A stretch of 64,000 nucleotides of DNA from Candidatus Limnocylindrales bacterium (GTDB taxonomy: Bacteria > Chloroflexota > Limnocylindria > Limnocylindrales > CSP1-4): NCBI GenBank assembly GCA_035248345.1, contig DATFHO010000101.1:80407-144406 (forward strand), read 5' to 3'. The notes under the pieces were generated by a model, which ran no database searches, was not told the DNA's origin, and was given only the letters and a program-made list of their open reading frames with translations. Position numbers and translations under genes: made by a program. Numbering within the stretch: position 1 is the first letter of the stretch; the number at the start of each line of letters is the position of its first letter. This document shows, piece after piece, positions 49,001 to 56,668 of this stretch.

Positions 49001-49374
49001 GATTCCGCGCGGGTGCCGACGGCGAGCTCGCGAAGCGCGCCGTTTCCGAACACCGAGCGCGCGACCAGGAACGGCCCGCGGATCTCCTCGTCGGCAGTGA
49101 TCGCGACGGTGGTGAAGCCCGCCGCCTCGGCCATCTCGGCGGCTGCGACCAGCAGCCGGGTCTTGCCGATGCCGGGCTCGCCTTCGAGGGTGACCGCGGC
49201 GAGCCGAGACTTCGCTTCGCGGATCCCGTGCTCGATCGCCTGGAGCTCAGTGCTGCGACCGACGATCGATCCGGTCGCGCGCCGCAGCTGCACCGACAGG
49301 GAGCACTGGGGCTGGACCAGCGGGTCCAGCGCCTCGCCATCGAGGAGGCGCACGGGTCCAGCTTCTGCAACCAT
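46015..49374 (-). CDS. LAL-type regulator (AAA ATPase + TPR-like region + C-terminal LuxR HTH)
   Basis: P-loop EGEPGIGKTRLL and Walker B LLLDDVQWADDDT. A long helical repeat region. C-terminal DDTDRRIAKLLTEGQTNSEMAAALGMSEADLAQRL LuxR HTH. Start chosen at MVAEAGPVRLL (ATG 49374). Confidence 0.75.
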   Translation of the reverse strand: MVAEAGPVRLLDGEALDPLVQPQCSLSVQLRRATGSIVGRSTELQAIEHGIREAKSRLAAVTLEGEPGIGKTRLLVAAAEMAEAAGFTTVAITADEEIRGPFLVARSVFGNGALRELAVGTRAESAVRRVAGALAGRDEPGFEQLSADAKLLRTFDLAGIAIQELAGVKPIALLLDDVQWADDDTLRMLRYVVRSVADRPVFLFLTFRQVELAKNVEATNFLADMERMGLVRRLRVARFGATETGLLLQQVLGAPVEGQSIAAMHAQSEGVPFIVEELAQAHRDAGTLQQSGGEWRLGRNAARLVPSAVRTLISRRAARLPGDALALLGDAGVLGRSFSVRDLVAIGSGSTAGSGVASGSGSGAARTGDGIAAALAPAVEAGLLLPHPQGDAADYTFTHEQVRDFAVSRLSNARRREVHGRVVDLLLEAGEPPAEGLPMLAQHALSAGDNTRAARFSIEAAAAALRSNAPEEALRLVDAALPVVSSPAERRVLLSTRDDAYAALRRTSDRIDGLAELGALAEALRDPTLELDVQVRRAAAFRAAHDEEAAAELARRVIGRAAALGDRATELRATLELGQALTKTPIGEGFGVSGVEVDIDAAEAAFERAIELARELGDERALAAAEREAGAMSVSKVRAWFVEQVRAGAIFGVATRVLAGEDVEDLLRETPIAPIVMETRDHCERALEIYERLGDRTGVMSTVILMAYLNYAPTIHLTSSARHLEEIRRVIARQQDLVTESERARQELHLLMGVHVYARAKVVPDLALSRGEEAYRAARIDGDQSTEFSAAAGVALTHLDLGEVADADRWLDIAAPLAATALTPLRTRQLELMRGRVRAIADDVAGMRRHFEQAQLLASRAGAAARCETAAWVALTSARLAARTHIDAEPLLAMARESADQATAIAATLPGHSPWPAYADAAKAEIALAHGDLEAAAAAGAAVMQALQDAITEDVHLEAVLSASRGVLSGAPPDMQEQVRDWLRLTLSRIAQATVDDHVRVRWLRSPLGRELVGLAGAFEPAVAGGAAAATQPAAPSGAGGLDDTDRRIAKLLTEGQTNSEMAAALGMSEADLAQRLTRVYAGLGASSRAEATTLAFRGLGGTAGLVAASGGAQPAGAG

Positions 49375-49384
49375 CGGGCCGATT

Positions 49385-50509
49385 ATGCGCGAGCACGAGG
49401 CGAACGCGGTCGACATCCATCTCGACGCCGACGGCGAAAGCCGGCTGCATCGCGCGCTGCGCGGGTGCTGGCAGCCCGTCTGCCGCGTTGCGGACCTCGG
49501 CGACAAGCCCATTCCGGTGATGCTGCTCGAGGAGCAGCTCGTCGTCGTCCGCCTCGGGAACGAGATCGCGTGCTTCCCGGACCTGTGCGTCCACCGCGGC
49601 ACGGCGCTGTCGCTTGGCTGGATCGACGACGGGTCCCAGCCGGCCCCTGACGGCTCGGCCACGCTCGGCGAGCCGTGCCTCGTGTGCCCGTACCACGGCT
49701 GGAGCTACGACCGGCGCGGCGTGGTCCGGCGCATACCAGCGGTCCACGGCCGGGCCATCCCGAATCGCGCTCGCGTGACCCGCTACGCGACCGCAGAGGC
49801 GCTCGGCCTCGTGTGGGTGCTGCTCGACCCCGGCCCGGGCGGGTGGGAGCAGCCGAGCGCCGCGTATCCCCTGCCCCGGGCAGACGGGTGGTGGGACCGC
49901 GAGGGCTTCCGGACGATCCCCATCGAGACGTACGACTGGGCGTGCTCGGCGGCGCGGCGCGTGGAGAACTTCGTGGACTTCAGCCACTTTCCGTGGGTCC
50001 ATCCGGACGTCCTCGGCGATCGATCGAAGCCGCTGTCGCCCGACCACGAGGTCATCGACGATGGCACGACGATCTCGTTCGACATCGCGCTCGAGGAGCC
50101 CCAGGCGTCGGTCAAGGGCGATGTTGCGCCGGGCGTGAAGGTGCAGCGCGATCCGACGACGTACACGCTCCACCTCCCGCTCTCGGTGACGCTCGACCAG
50201 CGCCTGCCGCCATCATCGGAACGGCCCGACGGCAACCGGTTCATCCTCTTCCTGGCCGTCTCACCGCTCACGGCGCGGCGCTGTCGCTCGTTCACGTGGA
50301 ACGCGCGGACGTACAACCTCGATCCGTCGGCGGACACGGAGCTCGCCTCGTTCCAGGCGCTCATCCTCGACCAGGACCGCCCGATCGCGGAATCGCAGCG
50401 CCCGGAAGCGCTGCCCGTCGACCTCTCGCAGGAGCTCCACATCGCCGGCCCGGACAAGGCATCGATCCAGTACCGGCGCCGCCTGGCCGAGCTCGCCGCA
50501 GGCGGCTGA
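49385..50509 (+). CDS. Rieske [2Fe-2S] non-heme-iron oxygenase alpha-subunit-like (VanA/ring-hydroxylating family)
   Basis: Rieske motif CVHRGTALSLGW...CPYHGWSY. C-terminal catalytic domain with His residues (FSHFPWVHPD). Only ~10 bp separate it from the divergent LAL start. Confidence 0.7.
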   Translation: MREHEANAVDIHLDADGESRLHRALRGCWQPVCRVADLGDKPIPVMLLEEQLVVVRLGNEIACFPDLCVHRGTALSLGWIDDGSQPAPDGSATLGEPCLVCPYHGWSYDRRGVVRRIPAVHGRAIPNRARVTRYATAEALGLVWVLLDPGPGGWEQPSAAYPLPRADGWWDREGFRTIPIETYDWACSAARRVENFVDFSHFPWVHPDVLGDRSKPLSPDHEVIDDGTTISFDIALEEPQASVKGDVAPGVKVQRDPTTYTLHLPLSVTLDQRLPPSSERPDGNRFILFLAVSPLTARRCRSFTWNARTYNLDPSADTELASFQALILDQDRPIAESQRPEALPVDLSQELHIAGPDKASIQYRRRLAELAAGG

Positions 50510-50524
50510 CGTGGGCCCCGGGTT

Positions 50525-51523
50525 TCAGCTCGTGACGTACCGCGCGACGAAGCCGGCCTCGACGAGCGCCCGATCGACGTCGAGCTCGTGGCTGTCATCG
50601 GCGGGCACGACGAGCGAGGCGTGCGAGCCCGGCCACGGAGCATTCGCCTTCGAGGCGAACCGGACCGGCACCTCGGAGCCGTCTGGCCGGGCGAGGACGT
50701 AGGGTCCCTGCGCCGAGCCATCCTGGACGAACCGTTCGAAGGCCTCCGGCACGAGTGGGCGCTCTGCGGCTCGCGTGATGTCCTCCACCCGCATCGTGAG
50801 GAGGCGCGCCAAAGGTCGGCCGCTGAGCTGTGCGGCGGCAGGCGTCGCGTGGACGTAGCGGCGCCGGTCGTCGGTCAGGAACAGCGCCGGCGCGTCAGGC
50901 CTCGGATCGACCGCGGTGAGCGCATCGAAATGCTCGATCGACGGATCGGCCGCCCAGAACTGTGCGAGCTCCGCCCCGCCCATCGGACGGTCGAGGTCGG
51001 CGCCGGCAACGTCGCGGAGGGCCGCCTCGTCCTGCCAGAGCATCGCCGCGACGATGTCATCCTGCCGACCGACGATCCTGCGCCCGAGGGTGAAGGCAAT
51101 GAGACCCGAGTCGTCCATCAGCCGGTCCGCCCACTTGCGAACTGCCGCGTAGTACGCCGATTCGGCATTCGGCTTGATCGGGATCCGGATGAGCCGCAGC
51201 TTCGCCTGGCGCAGTGGCATGGCCCGGGCCTCGCCGAGGACCAGCTCGTAGTGCTCGGCTCGCGGGCTGTCGAGCATCGAGCCGGCGCCCGGAAGCGAGA
51301 GGGGCTGGTCGAGATCCGTGCCGGCAGCCGTCATCTCCTCGAACCCCGCCCACGTCGAGACGATGACGAGCTCCGACCCGGCCTCGGTCTCGCGAACGGC
51401 GGGCTGCAGCGACAGCAGGCCGGGCACCGCGAGGGCGTTGGCAACGGCTTCGTCGCGGATGAATCGGAGCAGGCGCGGCGACTCGCCAGCGACGACGCGC
51501 GCCCGAAGTACTCGAAGGATCAT
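50525..51523 (-). CDS. Protein with two ABM/Dabb-like alpha+beta-barrel modules and a C-terminal PAS-like domain
   Basis: MILRVLRARVVAGESPRLLRFIRDEAV... and MPLRQAKLRLIRIPIKPNAESAYYAAVRKW... resemble ABM folds. C-terminal ALFLTDDRRRYVHATPAAAQLSGRPLARLLTMRVEDI is PAS-like. An alternative upstream ATG lies at 51610. Confidence 0.45.
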   Translation of the reverse strand: MILRVLRARVVAGESPRLLRFIRDEAVANALAVPGLLSLQPAVRETEAGSELVIVSTWAGFEEMTAAGTDLDQPLSLPGAGSMLDSPRAEHYELVLGEARAMPLRQAKLRLIRIPIKPNAESAYYAAVRKWADRLMDDSGLIAFTLGRRIVGRQDDIVAAMLWQDEAALRDVAGADLDRPMGGAELAQFWAADPSIEHFDALTAVDPRPDAPALFLTDDRRRYVHATPAAAQLSGRPLARLLTMRVEDITRAAERPLVPEAFERFVQDGSAQGPYVLARPDGSEVPVRFASKANAPWPGSHASLVVPADDSHELDVDRALVEAGFVARYVTS

Positions 51524-51743
51524 TGGGGTCCCTGGCTCAACTGATCCCGTGGACCGCCACAGTACGGCATCGTCGCGCGGTTGTCGCGTGTTTGCGATGT
51601 TGCAAATCATTGGTTGATGGGTTCGCGATTCCGCAACGCTCCCGTTGGCTGCCTGCAACCCCCGGCCTTCGGTCGGCCGGCTTCCGGCAACCCCTTCGCG
51701 GTCAGCATTCCGGGGTGTCCATCCCCCACGAGTCAGACGACCC

Positions 51744-52391
51744 GTGCGAACGCGCCGGTTGCGTCCGCGTCGTCGCGCGCTCCTTCCGCTCCTCGTCGCC
51801 GGCGCACTGAGCCTCGGCGCAACCGCCGCTGCCGGCCTCCAGCCGTCGTCACCGGGTCCGATCGCCGATTCCGCGTTCGTGCCCGTGACCCTCGACGCCA
51901 TCGATGCGTCGGGGCTCCCGCCTGCGCGGGGCGGCGGGCCCGCGCGTGCGCCGGAGACGGCGCCGATCGCGGACCCCTGGTTCCTCGTCACGCCGCCGGC
52001 TGATCGCGCACGACCGAAGCTCCCGGCTTCGGGCCCGATCGTCATCCAGCGGCCGTCGTCAACCGCCGGTTCCTCGACTGGCTCGACGTCTGTCGCCTCG
52101 ACCAGGCACTCGATCTCCGGTCGAGCGTCGTGGTACTGCGACGCCGGTATCTCGGCATGCACGACGAACCATCCGGATACCTCCGGCTTCGACGCTTACG
52201 CGGCGGCCGGACCGAAGCTTCGTGCCGCGATCGGGTCGAATTGGCGCGGCATGGTGGTCACCGTCGACGGCATCCGGGTGAAGCTCATCGACTGGTGCCA
52301 GTGCTACAAGGGCGAGTCGAACGAGAAGCTCCTCGACCTGTACCACGACGTCTACCTGCGGACCGGATCGCCCGTCACGATCCGCTGGTAG
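51744..52391 (+). CDS. Secreted RlpA-like double-psi beta-barrel (DPBB) domain protein
   Basis: Arg-rich n-region plus hydrophobic signal (RRLRPRRRALLPLLVAGALSLGATAAA), an Ala/Pro/Ser-rich linker, and C-terminal GRASWYCDAG...GMVVTVDGIRVKLIDWCQCYKG...LDLYHDVY DPBB motifs. Start (GTG 51744 or TTG 51759) is uncertain. Confidence 0.5.
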   Translation: MRTRRLRPRRRALLPLLVAGALSLGATAAAGLQPSSPGPIADSAFVPVTLDAIDASGLPPARGGGPARAPETAPIADPWFLVTPPADRARPKLPASGPIVIQRPSSTAGSSTGSTSVASTRHSISGRASWYCDAGISACTTNHPDTSGFDAYAAAGPKLRAAIGSNWRGMVVTVDGIRVKLIDWCQCYKGESNEKLLDLYHDVYLRTGSPVTIRW

Positions 52392-52413
52392 CGCGGCGCC
52401 GGAACGGCCACCG

Positions 52414-53679
52414 TCAGGCTCGGTTCGCGCCGCCGCTGGGGGCCCGGCTCCGGAGCGCGTAGCTCGCGCTTGCGTGGAGCGACTTGCGGGTCATCTCCGG
52501 CATCGGGGCACTCCAGCGGGCATCCTCGGCCTTCAGCTCCGCGACCAGCCCCTGGAGCACCGGGTCGTTGCCGGCGTAGGCCGCGATCCGTTCCGCGACG
52601 GCACGGACTCCGCCGGCGGCGCGCTTGAGATCACCGTGCCGGTTGAGCTGCACCGCATCCTGGCGAGCCCGCGCTGCGAACAGCTTCGCGACGGCCCGAT
52701 CGACGACCCGGTCGCGAGCCTGCCCGTCGTTCGTCCGGTCGTCCGCGAACTCCCAACCGACTGCCGCCGGCTGCGGCATCGACGCCGCGAGCGCACCGTC
52801 GCGGTCAACGGCCGCGACGAGCAGCCCGACATCCTGGCCCACCGGCCCGTAGCCGAACTTCACCCGCAGCACGACCTCCAGGCGCTGCTCGGCAACGAGG
52901 TCTCCGACGAGCACCTGGAGCCGGTTGCCGCGCCGCTCGAGCGGGTACGGTGACAGCGTCGAGATGGCGACGCTCTCCGGCGCCGTGATCTCGAGGACAG
53001 CCTCGCGCGCGACCACCTGGAGCAGCTCCCCCACCTCGGTCGCGATGTGGTCCGGGATCTGGGCGGCGTTCTCGATGAAGTAGAAGTGGCCGCCACCGGC
53101 GTCCGCCATCGACTGCAGCAGCGCTTCGTCGAAGTCCGCGCCGACTCCGAACGTCGTCGTCGTCACGCCGCGTGCCCGCAGCTCACGGGCGTGCCGCGCG
53201 AGTTCCTGCGGGTCGACGATGCCCACGTTCGCAAGCCCGTCGGTCAGGACGAGCGTGCGGTTCACGCCGGTGGGCGCCATCGACAGGGCAACCTGTTCGG
53301 CGCCGCGCAGCCAGCCACCGGCAAGGTCGGTCGAGCCGCGCGCGTCGATCGCGCGAAGGCGGTCGATGGCGTTCGTCTTCGCCTCGCGGGAGGCAGGCGT
53401 TGCCTCCACGACGACGTCGATCCGGTCGTCGTAGCAGACGATGGCGAACCGGTCCTGCGGCAGCAGCCGGTCAACCGCGGTCTCGATCGCCTGCTTGGCG
53501 AGGGCCAGCTTGTCGCCGGACATCGAGCCCGATCGATCGAGCACGAAGGCGAGGTTCACGGGGTCGCGCTGCGTCTGTCGTGGCGCCGGGGGGGCCTCGA
53601 GCTCGACGAGCACGAACCGCTCGCTGCGGTGGGCCGAACGGACATAGCGGCGATCCGATCGCGCGCGAAGGTTGGTCAT
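52414..53679 (-). CDS. von Willebrand factor type A (VWA) domain protein, cytoplasmic
   Basis: Intact MIDAS (VLDRSGSMSG = DxSxS, plus downstream T and D). No signal peptide. GGAGG lies 8 nt upstream. The ATG overlaps the MerR stop (ATGA). Confidence 0.7.
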   Translation of the reverse strand: MTNLRARSDRRYVRSAHRSERFVLVELEAPPAPRQTQRDPVNLAFVLDRSGSMSGDKLALAKQAIETAVDRLLPQDRFAIVCYDDRIDVVVEATPASREAKTNAIDRLRAIDARGSTDLAGGWLRGAEQVALSMAPTGVNRTLVLTDGLANVGIVDPQELARHARELRARGVTTTTFGVGADFDEALLQSMADAGGGHFYFIENAAQIPDHIATEVGELLQVVAREAVLEITAPESVAISTLSPYPLERRGNRLQVLVGDLVAEQRLEVVLRVKFGYGPVGQDVGLLVAAVDRDGALAASMPQPAAVGWEFADDRTNDGQARDRVVDRAVAKLFAARARQDAVQLNRHGDLKRAAGGVRAVAERIAAYAGNDPVLQGLVAELKAEDARWSAPMPEMTRKSLHASASYALRSRAPSGGANRA

Positions 53680-54398
53680 GGCTGTTCCTCCTTGAGGACC
53701 TGGCGGGCGATCGTGATGAGGCGCTCGACCCGTTTCTGCTCGAGCCGGCCGAGCGGCCGGCGGACGTGGAGCTCGAGATTGGGCCCGAGCGAGAGGCGCT
53801 CCCACTGGGAGCGTTCGATGGATGGGGACGTGGCCGCCTGGGGGGCGGCCTGGGCGGCGGCCAGAGCGGCTGCCGCCACCGGTGGCGCCGCGGGCAGATC
53901 CGGGTCCGCCGCGGCTGTACTAAGTCGCGTCGTGAACGGCAGGTCGATCCGGCGAAGGGACCGCCCGACGACCGGCGCGTCGCGCATGGCCGGCATTGCG
54001 GGCGGCGGCATTGCCTGCGCCGGAGCGGCCACCGGCGGGACCGGCGACGGCTGCGGTGGCACCGGCGTCCGGTTCGAGCCGGCAATGACCGATCGCACGT
54101 AGTCGAGCGCCGACGTCGCGGGCTCGGTGACCACGTCCGATGCCGCCGCGAGCGACGTGGCCTCGTCATCTCGCAGCGACGCGAGGCGCGCCCGAATCTC
54201 GGCGAGCGGCAGGTGCTGTTGCTGCAGGCGACGCACGAGGCGCAGCCTGGCGAGGTGGCCCTCCCCGTAGTGCGCGCCGGGCCCGGATTCTCCGGATGCC
54301 GGGATCAGCCCCTGGGCGAGGTAATAGCGGATCGTGCGGACACTGAGGCCGGTAAGCCCCGCGAGGTCGCTGATCGTGTAAGATGCGTCATTTGCCAC
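53676..54398 (-). CDS. MerR-family transcriptional regulator with long Pro/Ala-rich C-terminal region
   Basis: N-terminal MerR HTH YTISDLAGLTGLSVRTIRYYLAQGLI, a coiled-coil, then a PPQPSPVPPVAAPAQAMPPPAMPAM linker and a C-terminal domain. Confidence 0.7.
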   Translation of the reverse strand: MANDASYTISDLAGLTGLSVRTIRYYLAQGLIPASGESGPGAHYGEGHLARLRLVRRLQQQHLPLAEIRARLASLRDDEATSLAAASDVVTEPATSALDYVRSVIAGSNRTPVPPQPSPVPPVAAPAQAMPPPAMPAMRDAPVVGRSLRRIDLPFTTRLSTAAADPDLPAAPPVAAAALAAAQAAPQAATSPSIERSQWERLSLGPNLELHVRRPLGRLEQKRVERLITIARQVLKEEQP

Positions 54399-54454
54399 CG
54401 CATAAATATACAGTCGACAGTCCGACTGTCAAGACCGTCAGCAGGGCGGCGCCG

Positions 54455-55405
54455 TCAGGAGCGCCCGTCCACCATCGGGACCACCTCGCCGATCCAGCGC
54501 TCGATCGTCTCCTCGTCGTACGGTGCCGCGAGCTCCGCGAGGAAGGTGTGGAAGCCCAACGAGGTGACCTCGTCCATCTTCTCGGCAATGAGCTCCGGGG
54601 TCCCGACCCAGAACGTGTCGTCATCGAGGACGTCGGACATCGGCGTGCGGTTGTTCGCCATCTGCGCCTCCCAGACGCGCCGCGCCTCCTCGACGGTGTT
54701 GCGGATGATCGGCTTGCAGCCGCCGGTGAACTCGATGTCGGCGATGCGCCGGCCGACCTCGTCGCAGTGCCGCTGGAGGATCTCGATCTTGCGCTGCAGG
54801 AACTCCCGAGTGCCCATCGCGTTCCACATGTCCGCGTGGCGCGCCACGGACCGGAGCGTCTTCTTCTCCCCGGAGCCGCCGATCATGATCGGGAGCCGCG
54901 GCTGGACGGGCGCCGGAAGGAGGGCGAAGTCGTCGAGCTGGTAGTGCGCGCCGGGCGGCGACGTGTACCGCTTCCCTGCGAACAGCGTCTCGAGCGCGTC
55001 GGCCGTCTCCTCCATCCAGTCGAGGCGTTCGCCGAAGCCCGACCCGAAGTCGATGCCCGCGGCCTGGTGCTCGAGCTCCATCCACGCGCCGCCGATGCCC
55101 GCGATCGCGCGCCCGCCGCTCGCGTGGTCGATCGTCGTGAGCATCTTCGCGACGACGGCGGGATTGCGGAAGGTGTTCGCGCCGACGAGCAGCCCGAGTC
55201 GAACCCGCTTCGTCATGCCCGCCCACGCGGCAAGGCTCGTGTAGCCCTCGAAGATCGGCTGGTACGGGTCGCCGAAGATCGCGTACAGGTGGTCCCAGGC
55301 GAGGAGGTAGTCGTAGCCGAGCTCGTCGATGCGGCGCGCCGCCTTCTCGTAGGCGGCCCAGTCGCTGGCCTGGTTCCAGAGCAGGATGCCGAGCTTGGTG
55401 GTCAC
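54455..55405 (-). CDS. LLM-class (luciferase-like) flavin/F420-dependent oxidoreductase
   Basis: TIM-barrel LLM pattern (LGYDYLLAWDHL, ...GANTFRNPAVVAKM...). GTG start overlaps the MFS stop (GTGA). Confidence 0.7.
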   Translation of the reverse strand: MTTKLGILLWNQASDWAAYEKAARRIDELGYDYLLAWDHLYAIFGDPYQPIFEGYTSLAAWAGMTKRVRLGLLVGANTFRNPAVVAKMLTTIDHASGGRAIAGIGGAWMELEHQAAGIDFGSGFGERLDWMEETADALETLFAGKRYTSPPGAHYQLDDFALLPAPVQPRLPIMIGGSGEKKTLRSVARHADMWNAMGTREFLQRKIEILQRHCDEVGRRIADIEFTGGCKPIIRNTVEEARRVWEAQMANNRTPMSDVLDDDTFWVGTPELIAEKMDEVTSLGFHTFLAELAAPYDEETIERWIGEVVPMVDGRS

Positions 55406-56607
55406 GTGGTCGTCTCCGAAGCTGGTATAGGTGCTCGACTGTACCGGGCGGGACCGCTCGATCTCACCGCGAAGGCGACGATGAGCATTGCACCCACGCC
55501 GAGGCCGGCAGCAAGGGCGAACAGCCCCTGGAGTCCCGCGAGCGCGGCGATCGCGCCGCCGCCGGCGGCGGCCGTAACCTGGGCGAGGCTGCTCCCCACG
55601 CCCTGGAAGATCCCCTGGGCGGTGGCGGCGAGCTCGGGTGGCACGTGGGTGGACACGTAGACGACGCCCGCAACGAGGAACAGCGCGTACCCGAAGCCCG
55701 CGAACACCGAGGCCGCGAGGAGCAGCTCCGGGCTCGTCGCGAGCGCCGCCACGATCGAGCGCGCCATCAGGAAGAACGCGCCGGCGATGAGCAGGCGATT
55801 CGCACCCACCCGTGTCGCGAGGAGCGGGAACAACAGCATGAGCGGCACCTCGATCCCCGCCGCGATCGCGCCGCCCAGGCCGATGATCGTCGCCCCGGCG
55901 TGGAGCTCATCGAACCGGAGTGGCGTGAAGCTGAGCACGAGCTGCATGCCGAGCCAGGCAAGGAACGACCCGAGCACGAACACGCCGAGCCCTCGCGGCC
56001 CGAAGAGCCGTCCGGCATCGCGGAGCGGGCTGCCGTAGCGGCGGGCGCTCGCGGCCGGCGGGCGGAGCGTCAGGCCGATCGCGGCGGTGGCCACGAAGAA
56101 GATGGCCTGCACGATCAGCAGGGAGCGCGGGCTCGTGGCCTGGACGAGCGCGCCCGTCGCCAGCGCCGAGATGACATAGCCCACGGAGCCCCAGGCGCGC
56201 AGCGGGCCGTAGCCGTTCCGAGCGGCGCCCGCGGTCTCGAGCGCGCGGGCATCGATGATCGGCAGCGTGCCCGCGATGCCGCAGCCCAGCAGCCCGGCTC
56301 CGATCGGCACCGCGAAGCCCGTGGAGCCCAGCAGGCCGGGCCCGAACGCGAGCAACGCCGTTCCGGCGAGCGATGTCCCAACCGCCGCAACGAGCACGTA
56401 CGGCGAGCCTCGCCGCCGATCCGACAGCGAGCCCCATACGGGCGCGGACACCAGGCCCACGAACGACGCGATGGCGAGCAGGCCGCCGATCTCGCCCAGC
56501 TGGAAGCCCAGCTCGCGGTAGTACAGGGTGAGGTACGGGACCCACGCACCGGCGGCCGCGAAGAATGCGGCATACGCCAGGGCAGCGCGGACCTTCGGCG
56601 GAATCAC
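55402..56607 (-). CDS. MFS transporter
   Basis: About 12 TM segments (my estimate). GTG start chosen at VIPPKVRAALAY; the Arg/Cys-rich upstream extension was rejected. Confidence 0.65.
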   Translation of the reverse strand: MIPPKVRAALAYAAFFAAAGAWVPYLTLYYRELGFQLGEIGGLLAIASFVGLVSAPVWGSLSDRRRGSPYVLVAAVGTSLAGTALLAFGPGLLGSTGFAVPIGAGLLGCGIAGTLPIIDARALETAGAARNGYGPLRAWGSVGYVISALATGALVQATSPRSLLIVQAIFFVATAAIGLTLRPPAASARRYGSPLRDAGRLFGPRGLGVFVLGSFLAWLGMQLVLSFTPLRFDELHAGATIIGLGGAIAAGIEVPLMLLFPLLATRVGANRLLIAGAFFLMARSIVAALATSPELLLAASVFAGFGYALFLVAGVVYVSTHVPPELAATAQGIFQGVGSSLAQVTAAAGGGAIAALAGLQGLFALAAGLGVGAMLIVAFAVRSSGPARYSRAPIPASETTT

Positions 56608-56668
56608 GAGGTCCGAATCATCGCAGCAGGCGCCGTGATGCCCTGCGCCGGATCCGACGGGCGATGGT

